Both the position numbers and the translations under genes were made by a program. The notes beneath the pieces were generated by a model. The model was given only the letters and a program-made list of their open reading frames with translations, did not search any database and had not been told where the DNA came from. This document shows positions 59,170 to 64,000 of a stretch of 64,000 nt of DNA, in pieces. Origin of the DNA: Candidatus Latescibacterota bacterium (GTDB taxonomy: Bacteria; Latescibacterota; CBDEFO01). The stretch covers positions 3,552,001 through 3,616,000 of the forward strand of contig OZ252149.1 in assembly GCA_965248755.1 (NCBI GenBank). Reading direction: 5' to 3'. The stretch's first letter is position 1; each line of letters starts with the position of its first letter.

Positions 59170-60123
59170 CTACTTAATAATGTGGCTGCTCGGCGAGGAT
59201 TCGAACCTCGATAGACGGCTCCAAAGGCCGTAGTCCTGCCATTGGACGACCGAGCAACTTTTCGACCAGAAAGTATCCGCTTTCAGGCGATCTTCGGCTC
59301 TTTGGGCATCATCTTGTGATCCAAATATCCCATACACGGTCGAGCCGCTCCCCGAAAGGGAGGCACTTAATGCCCCGCAGGAGATCAGCTGTTCCTTTAT
59401 CTTAAAGATTTCGGGATAGGTCTGGTAGACTACGTTTTCAAAATCGTTTTCAAGGTGTTCGTACAAACACCTTGTGCCGCACTTATTAGCGAGCATAGAA
59501 TTTAAAAAACTAACATATTTTGTATCGTTTGTCAAGTCAAACGTTGACTCCGTGGCAATTTTCTTTCGATCTATCTCTTGGTACGCCCAGGCGGTCGAAA
59601 TCTGGATCCCAGGGTAGACTAGGACGTAGAAGGCGTCGTCGCTCCAGGAGATATAGTTCAGGATCTGACCCCTTCCCGATGCGATGGCTGTCCCGGGCTG
59701 CAGGAAAAAGGGCACATCTGAGCCCACACCAGACGCTAATTGGAAGAGTCCCTCGTAATCGAGGCCCAAATCCCAGAGCCTGTTGGCAGCTCTTAGAGTG
59801 GCAGCGGCATCTGAACTTCCTCCCCCGAGTCCCGCGGCCTTCGGAATGTTCTTTTGTATCGTTACCGAGACGCCCCTTCTTATCTTCAGGGTATCTTTGA
59901 GACTGGAGAGCGCCTTATGGACAAGATTCTGGGAATCGGTCGAAAGCGTCGGATCGGAGCAGACTATCTCTATTTCCCCGGAGGGGACCTCTTCTAAGAT
60001 CAAAAGATCGCATAGGTCTATGGTCTGAAGGACCGAGGCTATGTCGTGATAGCCGTCCTTGCGTTTTCCTTCGATCTTGAGACCCAAGTTTATCTTTGCG
60101 TATGCCTTTTCCTCTATTTTCAT
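59170..60123 (-). CDS. ispE: 4-diphosphocytidyl-2C-methyl-D-erythritol kinase; the ORF runs through tRNA-Gln
   Basis: AKINLGL, AGLGGGSSDAA, GSDVPFF, SGSGSTV. Confidence 0.94.
   Translation of the reverse strand: MKIEEKAYAKINLGLKIEGKRKDGYHDIASVLQTIDLCDLLILEEVPSGEIEIVCSDPTLSTDSQNLVHKALSSLKDTLKIRRGVSVTIQKNIPKAAGLGGGSSDAAATLRAANRLWDLGLDYEGLFQLASGVGSDVPFFLQPGTAIASGRGQILNYISWSDDAFYVLVYPGIQISTAWAYQEIDRKKIATESTFDLTNDTKYVSFLNSMLANKCGTRCLYEHLENDFENVVYQTYPEIFKIKEQLISCGALSASLSGSGSTVYGIFGSQDDAQRAEDRLKADTFWSKSCSVVQWQDYGLWSRLSRFESSPSSHIIK
59183..59256 (-). tRNA. tRNA-Gln (TTG)
   Basis: TGCTCGG acceptor stem, ACGGC-CTTTGGA-GCCGT anticodon arm, GGTTCGAATCC, CCA. Confidence 0.94.
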
Positions 60124-60208
60124 ACCCTATCTACTTCCTGCTGGGCGAACCCATGTGTTCGCCCCTACATATCTGAAGGGATAGGCAGACTGCCCTACCC
60201 ACTATCCA

Positions 60209-60709
60209 CTATCTTGTTGATACCGATACGATAAGCACAGCCAGACTGATGACCGAACTTACGCTTGATATAATCGTTACAACTCTTCTCCATCCCTTGG
60301 AAGAACTATAGGGAAGTATAATAGTATCCTCTGGCAGTAAGGGTGGTATGAGATTTGCATCGGCCGTTGCGATAAATCTTTTCAAGTCTATATGTATGAT
60401 CTCTTCCCTGCCGTCCAGAGTCCTTATTATCTTTATTTTATCGAGTTTTGCGTCATCTGTAGGTCCTCCTGCAAAGGACAGCAGGGACAGTAGATCGGTA
60501 TAGTCCGGGACGGTGTATCTGCCCGGGCGACTGACCTCGCCCCATACATTGACATCCATCGTCAACATATCATCGAGCCCCGGCGCTAGTCTGTAATAGG
60601 ATGGGGTACCTGTTTGGCCTCTTTCTATGCTCTGAGCAAGTGCATTATCAACGAGCGGTGCAATCTGGATGATCAATAGCACAACCGAACATTGCATAAT
60701 TCTCCTCAT
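60209..60709 (-). CDS. SLBB-domain protein (polysaccharide-export-like)
   Basis: VNVWGEVSRPGRY, LSFAGGP, C-terminal TM helix. Confidence 0.85.
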   Translation of the reverse strand: MRRIMQCSVVLLIIQIAPLVDNALAQSIERGQTGTPSYYRLAPGLDDMLTMDVNVWGEVSRPGRYTVPDYTDLLSLLSFAGGPTDDAKLDKIKIIRTLDGREEIIHIDLKRFIATADANLIPPLLPEDTIILPYSSSKGWRRVVTIISSVSSVISLAVLIVSVSTR

Positions 60710-60767
60710 AATAATCTCCTCTTTAGGAATTGCAGATAGCAGGAAAGAAGGTATTCCTACTGTCTAT

Positions 60768-60880
60768 AATGTAATAAATGTAAAGCAGGTTGTCAAAGAT
60801 TAAATTGACTGTATCGAGGTTACGTACCTTCAAGATTTCCATTGATTCCTATTGACAAAAGTAAAATGGAGCATTAGATT
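60768..60880. promoter_or_regulatory. Divergent sigma70 promoters
   Basis: Minus TTGACA-N17-TACATT (60796-60768); plus TTGACA-N17-TAGATT (60852-60880). Confidence 0.65.
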
Positions 60881-61131
60881 AGGGATAACTGCAGTCTCGA
60901 AAGGGACGAACGTTGATGCCTCAGATATTTGGGCAAAGAGAGATGTTGGAGTTTTCCCAATGGCACGAAAGTCGAAGCCCAGATAAGCCATGTGAGAATA
61001 ACCCATGTCAGGATAACCCATACACAAGAGACAGTTGCGCGGCTGCGGGAACGAAGTGCTTTGACTCTGGGTCAAAGGAGCTAGCTCTCAGAGCAGCCCC
61101 GTACGTGGCCACCATACCGTAACAAGAAAAT

Positions 61132-62478
61132 ATGGAGGAAACTATGATATCCCGGATAACAGCTATTGCTATCTTATTCGGTTTTGCTATGTTCAACAAG
61201 ATGAGTTATGCTCAAGATTGGGTGGAGATAACCCCTGCAGACGCCGAGACACCAGCAAGAATAAATTCCACAGCAATTTATGATCCCTTGGATCATCGAA
61301 TGATTATGTTTGGCGGCAAAGGCTCCTCGGGAGATCTAAATGACGTCTGGTCATTTGATTTGAATTCCGAGCGCTGGTCACAGATTACGCCTTCTGCTGG
61401 AACTGCTCCTGCCCCAAGATTTACTCCGGTTAGTGTTTATGACCCGGAACGTCATCAGTTGATTATGTGGTCCGGTCAGGGATCTGTCTTCTTTAATGAT
61501 GTCTGGGCATTTGATCTAACCGACGAAACCTGGACTGAATTTGATCCCCCGGATCCTAAACCTAACATCCGTTATGGCGCAGCATCTATCTTTGATCCAG
61601 CGTCGCGGAGTTTGGTGACTTTTGCCGGATTTACGAACGAAGGACGCTTCAACGATACCTGGAGATTCGATGTAGAGAGCGTTTCCTGGACTGATATCAG
61701 TCCCTCGGAAGGAAGTCCGCTCAAACGTTGTCTGCATTCGGCCAGCTTCGACGCCTCTGGGGGCCGTATAATCATGTACGGTGGTCAAAGTTCGGGGGCG
61801 CTGGGAGATATCTGGGCATTCGATTTAAGTCAAGAGACCTGGTCAAATTTAACTCCGGAAGAGAGTCCTGAAGGTCGCTACTTTGCAACGAATATTTACG
61901 ATGCAAAGAACCATCGGGTTATCACTTTTGGCGGAAATGTGGGCGGCAATGTAGGGAGATCAAACAAGGCATGGGCATTCGATTTGAGGGCGAATAGCTG
62001 GGACGAATTGGCGGCTACGGGGAGTCCACCCAAGCCGCGGGATGGTGCTACAGCGATCTACGTCGAATCCGAAGACCGTATGGTGATCTTTGGAGGGAGC
62101 GCCGAAGGAGGCGTGCTCCTTGCCGACATATGGTCATTGAACAATCTTTCCCAGAGCGGACCTACGGCAGTGGTGGATGTTGATGAGACTCTTATACCGT
62201 CCGAGTACGTTCTGTACCAGAATCATCCAAACCCTTTTAATCCCACAACAACCATAGGGTACGAATTGCCCAAGTCAACCGCGGCTGTACTGAAAATTTA
62301 CGACCTGCTCGGACAGGAGGTCAGAACATTAGTGAATGAAACTCAGACGGCGGGGTATAGATCTGTTACCTGGGATGGGAAAGATAACTTGAGACAGAGC
62401 GTGAGTTCAGGGGTTTACGTCTACAGACTTGAAACGAGTGAATTTGTGAAGACGAGGAAGCTTCTGTTGATAAAGTGA
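61132..62478 (+). CDS. Secreted Kelch-repeat beta-propeller with FlgD/T9SS-like C-terminus
   Basis: Repeated FGG..NDVWxFD..W units; LYQNHPNPFNPTT...WDG. Confidence 0.88.
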   Translation: MEETMISRITAIAILFGFAMFNKMSYAQDWVEITPADAETPARINSTAIYDPLDHRMIMFGGKGSSGDLNDVWSFDLNSERWSQITPSAGTAPAPRFTPVSVYDPERHQLIMWSGQGSVFFNDVWAFDLTDETWTEFDPPDPKPNIRYGAASIFDPASRSLVTFAGFTNEGRFNDTWRFDVESVSWTDISPSEGSPLKRCLHSASFDASGGRIIMYGGQSSGALGDIWAFDLSQETWSNLTPEESPEGRYFATNIYDAKNHRVITFGGNVGGNVGRSNKAWAFDLRANSWDELAATGSPPKPRDGATAIYVESEDRMVIFGGSAEGGVLLADIWSLNNLSQSGPTAVVDVDETLIPSEYVLYQNHPNPFNPTTTIGYELPKSTAAVLKIYDLLGQEVRTLVNETQTAGYRSVTWDGKDNLRQSVSSGVYVYRLETSEFVKTRKLLLIK

Positions 62479-62541
62479 AGACCAGCGGAAGGTAGGTATG
62501 AGGTAGGACGCCTCGACCCCTCCCTGTATAGGTGAGCTACT

Positions 62542-62742
62542 TTGGACAAAGAGATAAAAATCTGGTATGATAAAGAAGGAGACTACCTTGAAGTCATCTT
62601 TGAGCCAAGGGCCGGGTACTTCAGGGAGACGGAAAACGATGCAGCAACGGAAAAAGTTGACCAAGAGGGAATCACTATCGGTTTTCCCATCCTGAAAGTG
62701 AGCGCACTAAAGGGACAAAAACCACTCTCAATCAGCCTATAA
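62542..62742 (+). CDS. DUF2283-family small protein
   Basis: IKIWYDKEGDYLEVIF...GYFRET. Confidence 0.7.
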   Translation: MDKEIKIWYDKEGDYLEVIFEPRAGYFRETENDAATEKVDQEGITIGFPILKVSALKGQKPLSISL

Positions 62743-62918
62743 AGCAACGTCACCTGACAGGGATTCCTGTAATAATGGGGAAGTAAACAAGTTACGCGCC
62801 ATGTTCTTTCTTGTGTGATGAGAAAACCATAAGGGAGCAGGAACACCACTCGAACCTCACCTCAATTTACATACATCGATCGACATTCACGATCTTTCTC
62901 CTGGACAAGCCATACTCC

Positions 62919-64000
62919 ATGAATAGCAGAATCATATTAAGTATCTTGGTCTTGGGCATTAATATCTGGGGCGCCAGCGCGCAAGCACAAGAGGGGATTG
63001 AAAACGTAAAAGCGATGGAATATTTCTCATCAAGTTATAAAGAGGCTCGGGGAAAGTTCCTTCTTGCTGTCCAGGGGGTGGGTGCCAGCATTGAGAGTTT
63101 CGAAAACCCTAATACCGGGTCGGAAGGTGAACAACTCTTTACCGATGTGGCCGTAATAGGGCCGAAGGATGCCAAGAGCATTCTGGTGTTGAGCTCCGGC
63201 ACACACGGCGTGGAGGGTTTTTGCGGCTCGGGCATTCAGACAGGGCTCCTGCGCGAAGGGATTGCATCACGTCTGAAACCCGATTTGAGCATCGTAATGA
63301 TCCATGCCATAAATCCCTACGGATTTGCCCACATGAGAAGGTTCAATGAAGACAATATCGATTTAAACCGCAACTTTGTAGACCATTCAAAGCCTTATCC
63401 AGAAAATCTTGGATATGAGAAGCTGGCAGACGTTATTGCACCTAAATCCATTTCCTTCTGGTCCGAAGCCGTTTCCTGGTCTCATCTCCTGTGGTACTGG
63501 GTAAAATACGGAAAAGCTGCATTGGCGCAAGCAGTAAGCGGCGGTCAGTATTCACACCCGGAAGGTCTCTTTTACGGCGGGAGGTTCGAGACTTGGTCGA
63601 ACAGAACAATTAGGTCGATTGCTGATCGCTTTCTTTCTAATGCCGATCGTGTAGTTGTAATTGATTTCCATACAGGTCTCGGCTCGTACGGAAACGCCGA
63701 GATCATATTGAATGTTCCGGTAGAATCGTCTGCTTACAAGCGTGCTAAGGCGATGTGGGGAACTGAAAGGGTAAGATCAACAGTGGCAGGTAAGTCAGTT
63801 TCCCCCCATATTGGGGGCCCACTTAAACTTGCCTTTCCCAAAATGCTTCCAAACGCGGAAGTTACAGCGGTGAGCCTGGAATACGGCACATCGCCGCTGA
63901 TGGAAGTTTTTAGAGCACTGCGGGCAGAAAACTGGCTTCACCATCACGGGGATCCGCACGACTCACGCTCCCAAGAGATCAAGGCAGAATTGCGGCGCGT
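62919..64000 (+). CDS. DUF2817 / M14-like metallopeptidase (partial, runs off window; absent from the ORF track)
   Basis: Translated by hand: FSSSYKEARGKF, SGTHGVEGFCGS, HAINPYGF, NEDNIDLNRNF, DFHTGLG. Confidence 0.88.
   Translation, partial: MNSRIILSILVLGINIWGASAQAQEGIENVKAMEYFSSSYKEARGKFLLAVQGVGASIESFENPNTGSEGEQLFTDVAVIGPKDAKSILVLSSGTHGVEGFCGSGIQTGLLREGIASRLKPDLSIVMIHAINPYGFAHMRRFNEDNIDLNRNFVDHSKPYPENLGYEKLADVIAPKSISFWSEAVSWSHLLWYWVKYGKAALAQAVSGGQYSHPEGLFYGGRFETWSNRTIRSIADRFLSNADRVVVIDFHTGLGSYGNAEIILNVPVESSAYKRAKAMWGTERVRSTVAGKSVSPHIGGPLKLAFPKMLPNAEVTAVSLEYGTSPLMEVFRALRAENWLHHHGDPHDSRSQEIKAELRR

Noticed and set aside
60985..61020. TPP riboswitch (TGAGAATAACCC)
   Set aside because: The downstream GAACCTGAT...GCGxAGG elements are absent.
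60881..61115. tmRNA (ATAACT-GCA resume-like context and a CCACCA near 61109)
   Set aside because: No GGGG 5' acceptor strand, no T-arm GTTCGA before CCACCA, and the ORF does not end in an AA-type tag.
62775..62805. attI-like AAACAA-GTTACGC upstream of the DUF2817 gene
   Set aside because: The upstream promoter module is absent, and the gene end lies outside the window, so a cassette cannot be tested.
1..64000. CRISPR array or cas genes
   Set aside because: No regularly spaced identical repeats with unique spacers; the repeats are dispersed or degenerate, and there are no cas-like ORFs.
1..64000. Genome-wide TAG or TGA reassignment
   Set aside because: Core genes (rpmI, ppdK, ilvD, rplI, rpsF with TAG; infC, xseB with TGA) end at their expected lengths.

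Overview
Bacterial chromosomal window, by inference from an FCB-group organism, most consistent with Ca. Latescibacterota or a relative. The basis is secreted proteins with NPFNP-type FlgD/T9SS-like C-termini, cohesin/dockerin modules and a large set of aldo/keto-reductase and Gfo/Idh/MocA genes. Layout: (1) right part of an IS3-family element and a sigma28-driven flagellin gene split by an in-frame TAG; (2) a core block, thrS-infC-rpmI-rplT-pheS-pheT-zapB-zapA-6S RNA-rny-ymdB-xseA-xseB-nadK-recN-DUF309-ppdK-ilvD, with intergenic spaces full of short palindromic and heptamer repeats; (3) an accessory region of about 24.1-53.3 kb around tRNA-Met, holding a TIR-domain gene, methyltransferases, a GH172, five aldo/keto-reductases (two broken), a predicted exported UxxC selenoprotein with a SECIS-like hairpin, an iteron-like palindrome, an integron-type gene cassette between two copies of a promoter+attI-like module with no integrase nearby, and a cohesin/dockerin surface protein; (4) a minus-strand core block, ispE/tRNA-Gln-rplY-pth-hppA-rpsF-rpsR-rplI, in which tRNA-Gln lies inside the ispE ORF and prs is absent; (5) a secreted Kelch protein, a DUF2283 gene and a partial DUF2817 gene. 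No CRISPR array or rRNA was seen. All calls come from reading the sequence; no searches were run.
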